Sequence record: LC680885.1
DNA: 64,000 bases
Strand: one strand, 5' to 3'
Shown here piece by piece: positions 54,248 to 64,000 of this stretch (positions are counted from its first letter, which is position 1; each line of letters begins with the position of its first letter). Position numbers and translations under genes: made by a program. The notes under the pieces are model-generated. The model ran no database searches, was not told the origin of the DNA, and saw only the letters and a program-made list of their open reading frames with translations.

Positions 54248-56311
54248 ATGTTAAAAAAGACTACAGAAAATGAATTAGAAAAGTTATTCAATGTCACTAT
54301 TTATAATGAAGAATTTTCTAATTTAAAACCTATGTATAATAGAAAAGATACTGAAACTAGAACTAAATTAAATGACAATCAAAATTCTAGAGTGTATGAG
54401 AATTTAATAAATTTCATTAATTATTCTAAAGCAGGAATGACACACATGTTTTTAACTCGTTCTAATAAATATAGAGATAAATATATTGATTTTCTAAGAA
54501 ATAGACTTGGTAAGGAAGATTTATTAGATGAGGTTGAATTTGAATATACAGATAGATATTTCAGATCTTTCATATATAATATAGATATAATTAGAAGAAG
54601 TGAATATCAAACACATCAATCTATAGAAAATGACTCTAAATTAGAAGATTCATTCTTATTAAGAAATGGAAATACAAATATAGATAGCTTTAAAACGGAT
54701 AATGGTTTATCTATAGAATTTTTAGATAAAGATGTAAAGAAAGATTTTTTAGATAAGAACAAACAAATTAGTTTAGAATCTTTGCTAGCTATCGATACGA
54801 TGGTGTCTAATTCATTAAGAAAGAAATGGTTAAAATCAATTGAAAAAGAAGAATTACCTGATATGAATATTATATTTAAAGAAGTTCCAGAAGTAGTAAT
54901 TATACTAGCAAACAGTATATATGAAAGATCAAATTTCAAATTATCATATGTAGATAGAAGTGTTATTAATATACACGCAGACGTTTCAGATGTTTTTGAA
55001 TCAATACTAACTTTAACTTCTAATTTTAATTATAAATTAATATTAGATTTAATAGATGAAGATTACTTAAGTAAAAATTTAAATCATTTCAAAGCTTCTG
55101 AATTTTCTTTATCTGACAATAATGACATTGATAATATATTTAGTATAATCGGAATTATTAAAAAACAAACGGACGTTATTAATAAATTTATAGAAAAAAG
55201 CAAATCAGATAATCTAGAAGACAATATTAATTTAATAATTAAAGAAAATGAAATAGATGATGACTTTGGAGAAATATTAAAAGTTTATATTGATAGTGTA
55301 TTATCTAAATTTAGAGAATATATTGAAGATGATACCAATATATTAAAAGATTCATCTAAGGTTTTAATAGGTGAAAATCTATTTGATTTCTTTATGAAAT
55401 TAGATGATCTCGAAATTTTAATGATTAGAAATATATACAGAGTTTTAGATAGTAATGTATATAATCCTGTAATCAGAGATGTTAAAGAATCACAAGAAAA
55501 AGTTATGAATGGAATAGTAGATTATTTTAAAAATAATACTAAAAAATTATCTTTAGATTTATCTAATATCGATATAAGTAGATTGAAAGATAGTTCTTTC
55601 ACATTATTAAACGATTTCATAACAAATGGAGAAGTAAGTAATCTTCGTATGAAACCTAATGAAGCTAATATAGAGTATTTCTATAAATTAAGTGTGGATA
55701 AAGAATTAAACCGTGACATATTAAATAGTAATATACAATATATGAAACAGGAATTATTAAAAGGTTTTAATGATGATTCTAAAATGACTTCGAATGCTAT
55801 TATTGAATTTGATAATTTTAATATTAATTTTGCTGTAATAGAAAATAATTCATATAATAATGAAATAGAAATAATGATGCAAGGAGTTACTTTTAAGAAA
55901 AAATTAACTGATGAGGATATTGCTACTATCTTTTTATATTCACATAAAGAAGTTAGTATATATCAAGACAAAAAATTAGTTATCATGGATAGAAATTATT
56001 TCTCTAGAAGAGGTATAAATAAATTTATAAATAATATGAATAATGTCTTCACTGATTTAGATGGAGAAAGTTTATCTAAATATATGTCTTTAATTTATAA
56101 TTTATTATCTTTATCAGATAATTCTTTTGAGGAAGATAAAGCAATTTATAATACTCTATATTACAATAAATTTGAATATATTAATAAAGAAAATGAGTTA
56201 AAAGTTGATAGTTATATTAATATGATTAATAATAAAGATGTAACAGATGATTTTAAAAAGAAATTTAAAAAGGTAAGATCTAAGTATTTAGTTTCTAGAA
56301 TATTTATTTAA
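54248..56311 (+). CDS. Hypothetical protein
   Basis: 687 aa ORF, AAGGAG RBS. Confidence 0.8.
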   Translation: MLKKTTENELEKLFNVTIYNEEFSNLKPMYNRKDTETRTKLNDNQNSRVYENLINFINYSKAGMTHMFLTRSNKYRDKYIDFLRNRLGKEDLLDEVEFEYTDRYFRSFIYNIDIIRRSEYQTHQSIENDSKLEDSFLLRNGNTNIDSFKTDNGLSIEFLDKDVKKDFLDKNKQISLESLLAIDTMVSNSLRKKWLKSIEKEELPDMNIIFKEVPEVVIILANSIYERSNFKLSYVDRSVINIHADVSDVFESILTLTSNFNYKLILDLIDEDYLSKNLNHFKASEFSLSDNNDIDNIFSIIGIIKKQTDVINKFIEKSKSDNLEDNINLIIKENEIDDDFGEILKVYIDSVLSKFREYIEDDTNILKDSSKVLIGENLFDFFMKLDDLEILMIRNIYRVLDSNVYNPVIRDVKESQEKVMNGIVDYFKNNTKKLSLDLSNIDISRLKDSSFTLLNDFITNGEVSNLRMKPNEANIEYFYKLSVDKELNRDILNSNIQYMKQELLKGFNDDSKMTSNAIIEFDNFNINFAVIENNSYNNEIEIMMQGVTFKKKLTDEDIATIFLYSHKEVSIYQDKKLVIMDRNYFSRRGINKFINNMNNVFTDLDGESLSKYMSLIYNLLSLSDNSFEEDKAIYNTLYYNKFEYINKENELKVDSYINMINNKDVTDDFKKKFKKVRSKYLVSRIFI

Positions 56312-56322
56312 ATATATATTAT
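56309..56322 (+). promoter_or_regulatory. Putative early promoter TAAATATATATTAT followed by a 5' hairpin (56326-56355)
   Basis: Third copy of the early motif, upstream of ORF 56384. Confidence 0.55.
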
Positions 56323-56383
56323 ATAATTGAGTTGGTAATTGAACTTATCAACTCAATTTAATTTTTAATTAATAGGAGATGAA

Positions 56384-57571
56384 ATGGATATGAGTAAAGC
56401 AATAAAAGATTTATTTATCAATTACAATATATCTTATATTGAAGTTAATGAAGATCATGAACTTAATGAAATTGATAAAGAAGAATTATTAAAAATATTA
56501 GATTTTGATATTAAATTTGAAAAGGAAGAAATTTTAATAAGTGATAATATTAAAATAAATAATTTTAACGGTAATAAGTTAATAAATTTTGTATTTAATT
56601 ATTACTATACAGATAATGAATCACTAAAAGTATTTTTAAAAGACGTTATCAAAGATATTATTATGTATGGATATAAAGAAGATAGAAAAATAAGTCTAAA
56701 TATAAATCAATTACCTTTAGTATTTTATATAAATAAATTTTGTAAAGATAATGACATTAAAAATATTAAATTCTTTTATACTTTTAAAAATTCTTATGGG
56801 AATTTTTCATTTGGTTTATTAAAAGAAGAACATCTAGATGAATTTATTGATGATATAGAAGAAATAAGCAATAATAAGTTCTTCAATTTAAATAGTGGAT
56901 TATTAGATAATGACTTAATAATTAATGGAAATGAAAAGAAATTTATGAAGCTAATATCAAGTTTAATAGATTTAGATATGTCACATAAGGGTAATATATT
57001 TAAATTAAAAATGATAAATTATTTTTATAAATTATTTAATAGTTATATTAATAGTAAAGAAGATTTAGAATATGCAGATGAATTAATGAAGTTTAAAATA
57101 GATAGTCTTAAATATGGTGAATTTAATAAATATTATCTATATGAAAGATTTATAATCGGTATAGATAATTTATATGAACAAGAATTCTTAGGATATAATA
57201 CAAGAATGAATTATAATTATTTTATTGATAAAATACAAAAAATTGAAGATGAAGATGAAGTTAAATATATTTCAAAAATTGTTTTCTTTACATTAATAGA
57301 TGATATTTATAATGAAGCATCATTCTTTTTATCTTTTAGAACAGTCAATAAATATACTGATATTGCAGTTAAAGAAATATTGAAATTGATTGAAGACAAT
57401 CTTACAGAAAATCAGAAGAAACAATTTGTCAGAGAATATATGAGTATGAAAGATAGTTCATTTTATGCTTCAAATGAAAAATATAATCAAACATCTACAC
57501 TTGTTAAAATGTCTAAAGGGAAATTGAAAAAATTAATTATGAATGAAACAGTTAAAAAGACATTTATTTAA
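56384..57571 (+). CDS. Hypothetical protein
   Basis: 395 aa; ends TVKKTFI. Confidence 0.8.
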   Translation: MDMSKAIKDLFINYNISYIEVNEDHELNEIDKEELLKILDFDIKFEKEEILISDNIKINNFNGNKLINFVFNYYYTDNESLKVFLKDVIKDIIMYGYKEDRKISLNINQLPLVFYINKFCKDNDIKNIKFFYTFKNSYGNFSFGLLKEEHLDEFIDDIEEISNNKFFNLNSGLLDNDLIINGNEKKFMKLISSLIDLDMSHKGNIFKLKMINYFYKLFNSYINSKEDLEYADELMKFKIDSLKYGEFNKYYLYERFIIGIDNLYEQEFLGYNTRMNYNYFIDKIQKIEDEDEVKYISKIVFFTLIDDIYNEASFFLSFRTVNKYTDIAVKEILKLIEDNLTENQKKQFVREYMSMKDSSFYASNEKYNQTSTLVKMSKGKLKKLIMNETVKKTFI

Positions 57572-57585
57572 AGGAGAATCAGCTT

Positions 57586-58299
57586 ATGTTAGTTAAAAAA
57601 GAAAAATTAAAGAATAGAAATGATATCAGAATAGATCATATTATAAGTATTAATTTAGATGATCCTTCTGCACTTAATATGGTTTCATTCCAATTATTAA
57701 TAGAAAGTAATATTCTGAGTTGTTATATTAATAACAACTTAGATACTACTTTATTTACTAAAAAAGAATTAGATAAATATAATAAATTCATAGATTTTGC
57801 TATTGATAATTTTGAATCAAATGGTTTATTTATAAATAAAAAACCAGATGAATTTCTAACTGGTTTAATAAGAAAAGCTTCTATTTCTAGATTATTTAAA
57901 ATGATCGATCCAATTGATAAAACTATCAGCAATGAAAATTTATTTATTACCAGATTAAAAAATATTAGACATAATATAAATGAAACTGATAGTAAAGATT
58001 TAGCTTACTTCTTATATACTAACTTTAGAGAAGATGTTCCGTTAGATAGATTAAAAGGTTTAATGTCTAACCCACATTTAACATCATTATTTGAGTATTT
58101 AATGAATGGTAATTTAATAATGGAGATTGATGAGCAATTGTTAAATAAATGGATTATGTTTATTGATTATGAAATAGATGGCCTTAAAGGATCCATTTAT
58201 CATAGATTAAGACATAGTTTAGTTAATGTAATCAATAAGTATAATAATATACAAGAAGCTAAAGGTTATTTAGGGTATGAAAGATTAGAATTAGAATAA
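57586..58299 (+). CDS. Hypothetical protein
   Basis: 237 aa, AAGGAG RBS. Confidence 0.8.
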   Translation: MLVKKEKLKNRNDIRIDHIISINLDDPSALNMVSFQLLIESNILSCYINNNLDTTLFTKKELDKYNKFIDFAIDNFESNGLFINKKPDEFLTGLIRKASISRLFKMIDPIDKTISNENLFITRLKNIRHNINETDSKDLAYFLYTNFREDVPLDRLKGLMSNPHLTSLFEYLMNGNLIMEIDEQLLNKWIMFIDYEIDGLKGSIYHRLRHSLVNVINKYNNIQEAKGYLGYERLELE

Positions 58300-58332
58300 A
58301 CTTAAAAAGTTTAGTGAGAAGGGAAATTTTGA

Positions 58333-58992
58333 ATGAAAAAATTTAGAGATGAATTAATAAATCACTATACAAATTTATTGAGATTCAACGATGATTCTTT
58401 TTATTATAGATTAAAAATTAATTATTTGAATTTCGATTTCTCTAAAGATGTAAATTTAAGAAAAAATAATGTGTTTAAATTAAATTATAAAATCAGCTTT
58501 TTCCTATATTTTAAAATTTTAATAAAAGATTTTATTTCAAATAATTTAGATGAAAATGGTGTATCATTATTATTTTCAGATAGTGTTAATAATAATAATT
58601 TTATTTCTACATTATTTGTTAAGAATAATTCTGATATTGAATTGAAACTAGATTTGGGTGTGTATTATGAACTAGATGAAACTAAAATAGTTCTAATAGA
58701 TTTAAATGAAGAGTTTAATATAGAATATTCAGATGATAGTATTATAATTCATACAGATGAAGATAATTTTGAAAATGTAGTTTATTCTATTCTAAACAAA
58801 ATCAAATTCATCTTAGAAGGAAATATATATGCATTTAGCATATCTTTATTTGGCAATGGAAAAATAGGAGATAGTAATATATTTTATTTAGAAGAGATTG
58901 AAAATATATTTAACTCTAGAAAAAATAGTATAATTGAAGAACTTTCTGAAAGTGAAGTTAAAAAATATAAAATCAAAGAAGGGTTTAAATAG
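58333..58992 (+). CDS. Hypothetical protein, KENFK-tail family
   Basis: 219 aa; ends KIKEGFK. Confidence 0.75.
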   Translation: MKKFRDELINHYTNLLRFNDDSFYYRLKINYLNFDFSKDVNLRKNNVFKLNYKISFFLYFKILIKDFISNNLDENGVSLLFSDSVNNNNFISTLFVKNNSDIELKLDLGVYYELDETKIVLIDLNEEFNIEYSDDSIIIHTDEDNFENVVYSILNKIKFILEGNIYAFSISLFGNGKIGDSNIFYLEEIENIFNSRKNSIIEELSESEVKKYKIKEGFK

Positions 58993-58994
58993 TA

Positions 58995-59606
58995 ATGGGT
59001 GATATTAAATTTAATGAAGAATATATGTCAGTTAAAATTTATAAGTTAATTAATTTGTTTGAGTTTCAACAAACAACTCGTAAAAGAGCATTTTCAAACC
59101 ATAATTCTGAAAGTGATGAAAATGAGCTTAATATGTATATAGGTAAAAATGACAATAAAAATATGATTGACATTTTTACTAGTTCTTTCTTTTTATACAA
59201 TCAATTTAAAGATGTTTGCAGTTTAGTATTTAACAATGGTAATACTATTATTGCAGAAATTGAGATATTAAATAAAAATAAATTGTCAATTGAAATTAAT
59301 TCAGAAATCTTAATTGATGATAGTGAAATTAAAAATTTCATTATCAAAAATGATTTTAGTGTAGGAGATGGATTCTTAGGCTTAATTATTGAAAATGATA
59401 AAGAAAAAATTCTTAAATTATTTTTAGAATCATTGTCTGATAGTTATTTTTGGATAAACAAGAAAAGAAGTTTAAATATATCTGATTCTAAAAAAATTAA
59501 ATTTAAAAAATATTTAGAAGATTTATATAAAATGAAAGATTTTTATAGTAAAGAAATCACTGAAAAAGAATATAAAGAAAATATAGTAAAAGATAATTTC
59601 AAATAA
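58995..59606 (+). CDS. Hypothetical protein, KENFK-tail family
   Basis: 203 aa; ends YSKEITEKEYKENIVKDNFK. Confidence 0.75.
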   Translation: MGDIKFNEEYMSVKIYKLINLFEFQQTTRKRAFSNHNSESDENELNMYIGKNDNKNMIDIFTSSFFLYNQFKDVCSLVFNNGNTIIAEIEILNKNKLSIEINSEILIDDSEIKNFIIKNDFSVGDGFLGLIIENDKEKILKLFLESLSDSYFWINKKRSLNISDSKKIKFKKYLEDLYKMKDFYSKEITEKEYKENIVKDNFK

Positions 59607-59697
59607 TATAATCCCAATACTTATTAATGTAATTAACAAATTTAAAAGATTAAAAATTATTTAGTTTACGAAAGATTAGAACTGGAGTGATATTTTA

Positions 59698-60339
59698 ATG
59701 GAAGAGATTTATCTTGATAAAAGATTTGATAGTGAATATTTTAAAATAAAAACTAGAGATATGATAAACTCTGTAAGATTTACTAAAGAACCAAACTTTG
59801 ATTTAATTATAAATAACCGTAAAGAAGAAAAAATTTTATATACTAAAAATGACAGTATTAGAAATTTATTTATTGAATCTTTTATCTTGTATTTAAATAA
59901 TATTACAGACGTTTATACATTTAGTATATCAATCAGTAATATTAAGTTAATTTTTAGTTTAAGATACAATCATACGAATAAAGATACCAAATTTTTAATT
60001 TATATAATAGAAAATGATAAATTTAATTATGAAAAAGATGTATCTGAATTAGAAAAAATATTAAATGACATATCTTCTTTAGTAAATAAAGAATACTATA
60101 TATCTAAAGGTAGTTTTATAATAGACTATTTAGATATAGAAAAAATTGATAAGATATTATATTACATTAATAAATTAGATGATCTTCGTATAATGTTAGA
60201 TGATTCAGAAAAAGAAGGAAAATCGTATTTAAGTTACAACTCTTTTCTTAAAGAACTTTATTTAAAAAGAAACCTATATTCTAAAAGTATTACTAAAAAG
60301 GAATATACTGATAATTTAGTTAAAGAAAATTTTAAATAA
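59698..60339 (+). CDS. Hypothetical protein, KENFK-tail family
   Basis: 213 aa; ends YSKSITKKEYTDNLVKENFK. Confidence 0.75.
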   Translation: MEEIYLDKRFDSEYFKIKTRDMINSVRFTKEPNFDLIINNRKEEKILYTKNDSIRNLFIESFILYLNNITDVYTFSISISNIKLIFSLRYNHTNKDTKFLIYIIENDKFNYEKDVSELEKILNDISSLVNKEYYISKGSFIIDYLDIEKIDKILYYINKLDDLRIMLDDSEKEGKSYLSYNSFLKELYLKRNLYSKSITKKEYTDNLVKENFK

Positions 60340-60344
60340 TATAA

Positions 60345-60377
60345 TCCCAATACCTATTACATCAATAGGTATTGGGA
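60345..60377. terminator. Bidirectional terminator
   Basis: cccaatacctatt/aataggtattggg stem between convergent genes. Confidence 0.8.
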
Positions 60378-60394
60378 AAAATTTAAATTATTTT

Positions 60395-60691
60395 TTATTT
60401 CATGCTGTCTAATTCAGCTAATTTTAATTTAGCTTTAGTTGCATATTTTTGACGAATTATGTCACGCCATTTTTTACGAGCACGAGCAGCTTTTTGATAT
60501 TTAAAATAGATTGGATCTTGAGCTTCTTTAGCTGCAACTAATGCTAATTGGTTTAATCTACGTTTACGTTTAGTACGTTCATCTAAACGCATGATATTTT
60601 GTTCACGTAAAAGAGCTTCATCAGTTGCTTGCATAATTTGCTCTTCTAGTGGAGTAATGTTATTTTTCATAATGGAAGATCTTCCTTTCAA
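60395..60691 (-). CDS. Small basic protein, possibly virion-associated
   Basis: 98 aa (start may be ATG 60670); LLREQNIMRLD...AAKEAQDPIY...RQKYATKA resembles conserved jumbo-phage small proteins. Confidence 0.6.
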   Translation of the reverse strand: MKGRSSIMKNNITPLEEQIMQATDEALLREQNIMRLDERTKRKRRLNQLALVAAKEAQDPIYFKYQKAARARKKWRDIIRQKYATKAKLKLAELDSMK

Positions 60692-60817
60692 TTATTTTTA
60701 TTATTCATTATAATGATTATAAGAAATATGTTTTATTTAAGAAATATGAAAAAATTATTGAACCATAATAACTTATCTTATATAAGTATGAATCTATAAG
60801 GAGATGAGAATTTATTT

Positions 60818-62752
60818 ATGTCTAATCAAGATAATAAATATGAACGTAAAAGAGCTATAACAGGATATTTAGAAAATTTAATCAAATTAATTAAAATAAG
60901 AAAACCTGATATTGATAATGAAAAGTTAATTAATACTTGTAGAGAGTATATTAAAAAACATGTAGATCCAGCTTTAATAGAAATATCTGGACAAAAAATG
61001 AATGTGGATACAACTTTAAGACAAATTATAGATAATAATTTAATTGTAACTGGTTCTGGTTCTATTTATCAGCCTCAATCACAAAGAAAAAATTTAAATG
61101 CAGACATGTTAAAAGACTTTATAGATTCTCGTAAAGTAGCTAAACATAATATGTTTATATATAAAGGTAAAGATGATGTTTTACATGATAAATATATGAA
61201 CGAACAAAAAACAATTAAGATCTTGGCTAACAGTTATTACGGTGCTATGATTCAAAAGAATAGTACATTCTATGATGCTAATTCAGGTCCAGCAACTACA
61301 TATAGTGGTGTTGATATTGTAACTACTTCAGCAATAGCTTTAGAAAGATTTATAGGTGGAAAAATATTCTTTATGAAAATTGATGAAATATATCATTATA
61401 TATTAAGAATAATCAATGAAGAATATAAAGATCATGATATTAAAATAAAAACAATTCCAACTGATATGGAAATTTTAGAAGGTTTAGTTTCTAATGTTGA
61501 AGAATCTTTTAGCGAAGAAGAATATCTTAAATTAGAAGAAGTATTTAGTAAATTAAGTCAAGAAGATAAAAATAAGGTATATTTCAAAAATAACTTATTT
61601 GGTTTAATTGATCATACTGATATATTTGAGAATAAAATTAGTAAAATGACTGGTAGAGAAGATTTCTTAGATCCGAACGAACCACCTGAAGATATGATTC
61701 CATTATTAGATGAATTATTTGAAATATTAAAAGATTGGGTTATATACAACTATCAAGATTATAATAGAATGTATAGAATGAATTACAAGAAACGTAGAAG
61801 TGTTCTCACAATTGACACAGATTCAAATTTCGTTCACTTAGATCCATTATACGAAAAAATGAAATCATTAAAACCTGAAGATTTTCCTTTAGCAGAAAAT
61901 GGTTTAGAAGATAAATTAGAAGAACGTGTAGGTAATATATCTATTATTAACTATCAAATAACTAAATTATTAGAATTATCTTACTATGGATTCTGTAAAG
62001 ATGTAGGATTAGAAGAAGAACATTTAGGTTTAATATCAATGAAAAATGAATTTTTACTTGATAAACAATTAACAACAGATAAAAAGAAAACTTATGCATC
62101 ATCAGTAATTCAACAAGAAGGTAATTTAATTCAACCTCCAGATTTAGATGTTAAAGGTATGGCTATTAGAAAAGTTAACACTAATAAACGTATTAGAGAA
62201 TTATTTACTGAAATATTACAAAAAGATATTTTAGAAAATAAAACTGGTGTAGATCGTATTAAGATAATACGTAAATTTAAAGATATTGAAGAAATGATTA
62301 AGAAATCATTAGATAATGGAGAAATTGAATTCTTAAAACCGTTTAAAGCTAATAATGCTGAAGTGTATAAAGATCCTTATTCTCAAATGGCTTATAGAGC
62401 TGCTTTAGCATGGAATATAATGTTCCCAGAAAAGGAAATAGCACTACCTGCTAAGATATTAGCAGTTAAATTAAATATTAGTACATTTGGAGATATTAAG
62501 AATAAGATAACTGATGAAAATACTTTAAATAGATTTAGAGAAGTATTTAAGAATGAAAGTTTAGTTAAAAATGGTTTAAATGTAATTGCAGTTGAAGGTA
62601 ATACAATTCCTGAAGAGTTTAGACCTTTTATTGACTATGATAGTATGATTGAAGATCATATTAAACCAGGTAAAGATATTATTGAATCTATAGGAGTTAG
62701 AGTATTGGAATCTTCAAATAGCTCATTTGTATCTAATATGATTAAATTCTAA
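60818..62752 (+). CDS. Family B DNA polymerase, palm/thumb part of a split enzyme
   Basis: KTIKILANSYYG (motif B), TIDTDS (motif C), KKKTYA, VKGMAIRK; no exonuclease motifs or clear motif A. Confidence 0.8.
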   Translation: MSNQDNKYERKRAITGYLENLIKLIKIRKPDIDNEKLINTCREYIKKHVDPALIEISGQKMNVDTTLRQIIDNNLIVTGSGSIYQPQSQRKNLNADMLKDFIDSRKVAKHNMFIYKGKDDVLHDKYMNEQKTIKILANSYYGAMIQKNSTFYDANSGPATTYSGVDIVTTSAIALERFIGGKIFFMKIDEIYHYILRIINEEYKDHDIKIKTIPTDMEILEGLVSNVEESFSEEEYLKLEEVFSKLSQEDKNKVYFKNNLFGLIDHTDIFENKISKMTGREDFLDPNEPPEDMIPLLDELFEILKDWVIYNYQDYNRMYRMNYKKRRSVLTIDTDSNFVHLDPLYEKMKSLKPEDFPLAENGLEDKLEERVGNISIINYQITKLLELSYYGFCKDVGLEEEHLGLISMKNEFLLDKQLTTDKKKTYASSVIQQEGNLIQPPDLDVKGMAIRKVNTNKRIRELFTEILQKDILENKTGVDRIKIIRKFKDIEEMIKKSLDNGEIEFLKPFKANNAEVYKDPYSQMAYRAALAWNIMFPEKEIALPAKILAVKLNISTFGDIKNKITDENTLNRFREVFKNESLVKNGLNVIAVEGNTIPEEFRPFIDYDSMIEDHIKPGKDIIESIGVRVLESSNSSFVSNMIKF

Positions 62753-62756
62753 ATAA

Positions 62757-63353
62757 TTGAATGAGGTATTTATTATGGAAAAATACTATAAATTTAATTT
62801 ATTTGAGTGCATACTAAAAAATATTGGTATGCACTCAGATAAATATGAAAATTTGATAAGTAATATAAATAAAAATTTTACATCTTTATATTTTTATGAC
62901 TATGAGATTAATAATAGTGATATAGATAAATTGATATATGATAACATTCAAAAACAATTAATTGATGATAGTTATTTTTTATTTGAAATCAATAATAAAG
63001 AAGAAAGACTATTAGTTGATTTTGAAAATAACCTTTTATATGATAAATATAATGAGAAAATAGGAATGGTTTCTTTAAATAGGATTACTTCTTCTAGAGT
63101 AAATTTATTTTCAGATTTTGAGAATAAATATAGAGATTTAATATTTATGGAAAAAGAAGATATAAAATATGAAAATTTAATTGATATGGGATTTAATATT
63201 GTTACTACTTTTGAAATTTCTACCGTATGTAAAAATAAAATAAATAATTTTAGTTACTTTGGTTTTGATATTAAAGATAATAAAAATAATCTATTAATTG
63301 AATGTGATGAAAAAGAATTCAAAATTAATAAAGTTAAGAATAATTTTATATAA
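62757..63353 (+). CDS. Hypothetical protein, KENFK-tail family variant
   Basis: 198 aa; ends NKVKNNFI. Confidence 0.7.
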   Translation: MNEVFIMEKYYKFNLFECILKNIGMHSDKYENLISNINKNFTSLYFYDYEINNSDIDKLIYDNIQKQLIDDSYFLFEINNKEERLLVDFENNLLYDKYNEKIGMVSLNRITSSRVNLFSDFENKYRDLIFMEKEDIKYENLIDMGFNIVTTFEISTVCKNKINNFSYFGFDIKDNKNNLLIECDEKEFKINKVKNNFI

Positions 63354-63411
63354 TTAGAAAAGTTAAAAGATAAATTTATTAATGATTATGAATAAGGAGA
63401 CTTTGAATTTT

Positions 63412-64000
63412 ATGTATAAAGAAGATGAAATGAATACAGGTCATATAGTTGCTGATTGTGATGAAGTTTTAGTAAATATTTCCCCTAAGATAGTTCAATT
63501 AATGCATGAAGATTTTGATTATTACAGTCAATTCTTTAGACTATCTCCAGAGTATAATTACGGTACTCATTACAATACAGTTCTTAATCGTCCTGAATAT
63601 TATATTGACCAATGGTTAGTAAGAAAAGATGTTTATGAAAGATTTTCTGAAGATGAAGTTAATGAAGCTAGAAATAGGTTACAAAATGAAATTATATTTA
63701 AAAAAGATTTATACGATACATTAGAACCAACAAATTTAGCTAAAAGTTTATCATATACAATCAATACACCTTTAATGAATAGATTATCAATTGTAACTAA
63801 AACTTCTGATAATAACTTAAAATCTAAAGAGAAATTTTTGAAAACTTTATTTAGAGGAAGTATGGAAAAGGTTGATATTTATTATCTTGAATCAGATGAA
63901 AAGAAATCAGATGTAATTAATACATTAGGTTATGTTACTAGAATATATGAGGATGAAGTTAGTAATATTAAAGACATTATTATGAATTGTGATAATGTTA
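63412..64000 (+). CDS. HAD-superfamily phosphatase (5'-nucleotidase-like), truncated by the window end
   Basis: Not in the ORF track; open from ATG 63412 to the window end; ADCDEVL (DxD), IVTK, KSDVI, IYEDEVSN motifs; AAGGAG RBS. Confidence 0.7.
   Translation, partial: MYKEDEMNTGHIVADCDEVLVNISPKIVQLMHEDFDYYSQFFRLSPEYNYGTHYNTVLNRPEYYIDQWLVRKDVYERFSEDEVNEARNRLQNEIIFKKDLYDTLEPTNLAKSLSYTINTPLMNRLSIVTKTSDNNLKSKEKFLKTLFRGSMEKVDIYYLESDEKKSDVINTLGYVTRIYEDEVSNIKDIIMNCDNV

Noticed and set aside
60673-60684. 12-nt palindrome ggaagatcttcc over the RBS of the small basic gene
   Set aside because: Single occurrence, too short to separate from chance
1-64000. tRNA, tmRNA or rRNA genes, and stop-codon reassignment
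   Set aside because: No cloverleaf or rRNA signatures seen; long ORFs and conserved enzymes read intact in the standard code

Overview
Window from a very AT-rich (roughly 25% GC by eye) jumbo myophage of the AR9/PBS1/phiKZ-like lineage, most likely infecting Staphylococcus. Host clues are a class Ib nrdHIEF operon, a LytM/lysostaphin-like M23 domain, an OatA-C-like SGNH domain and a SceD/IsaA-like mini-gene. The left two-thirds is a late virion module. It holds baseplate genes, a gp5-like OB-fold/PG-binding protein, a neck protein, a prohead protease split by a group I intron with a LAGLIDADG endonuclease, scaffold, major capsid, terminase, sheath, tube and a gp48-like cap. Two ~1,960-1,990 aa paralogous tail proteins carry four cell-wall-enzyme domains. 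A nucleotide-reduction operon and a probable RNA polymerase beta-prime C-terminal fragment are embedded in this module. The right third is an early/replication region with an HU-like protein, RecD/Dda helicase, MoxR-type AAA+/VWA pair, split family-B DNA polymerase, HAD phosphatase, and many orphan ORFs sharing a C-terminal [VI]K[ED]N[FL]K-stop tail. Late units are preceded by AACA-N6-TA and early units by AAATATATATTAT. Top leads: a virion SGNH esterase paired with a tail lysozyme (possible anti-O-acetylation drill), the KENFK C-terminal tag family around the AAA-VWA pair, the intron with a td-like hairpin/late-promoter switch, and a stand-alone SceD/IsaA N-domain mimic. All family assignments come from motif recognition by eye, not from database searches.
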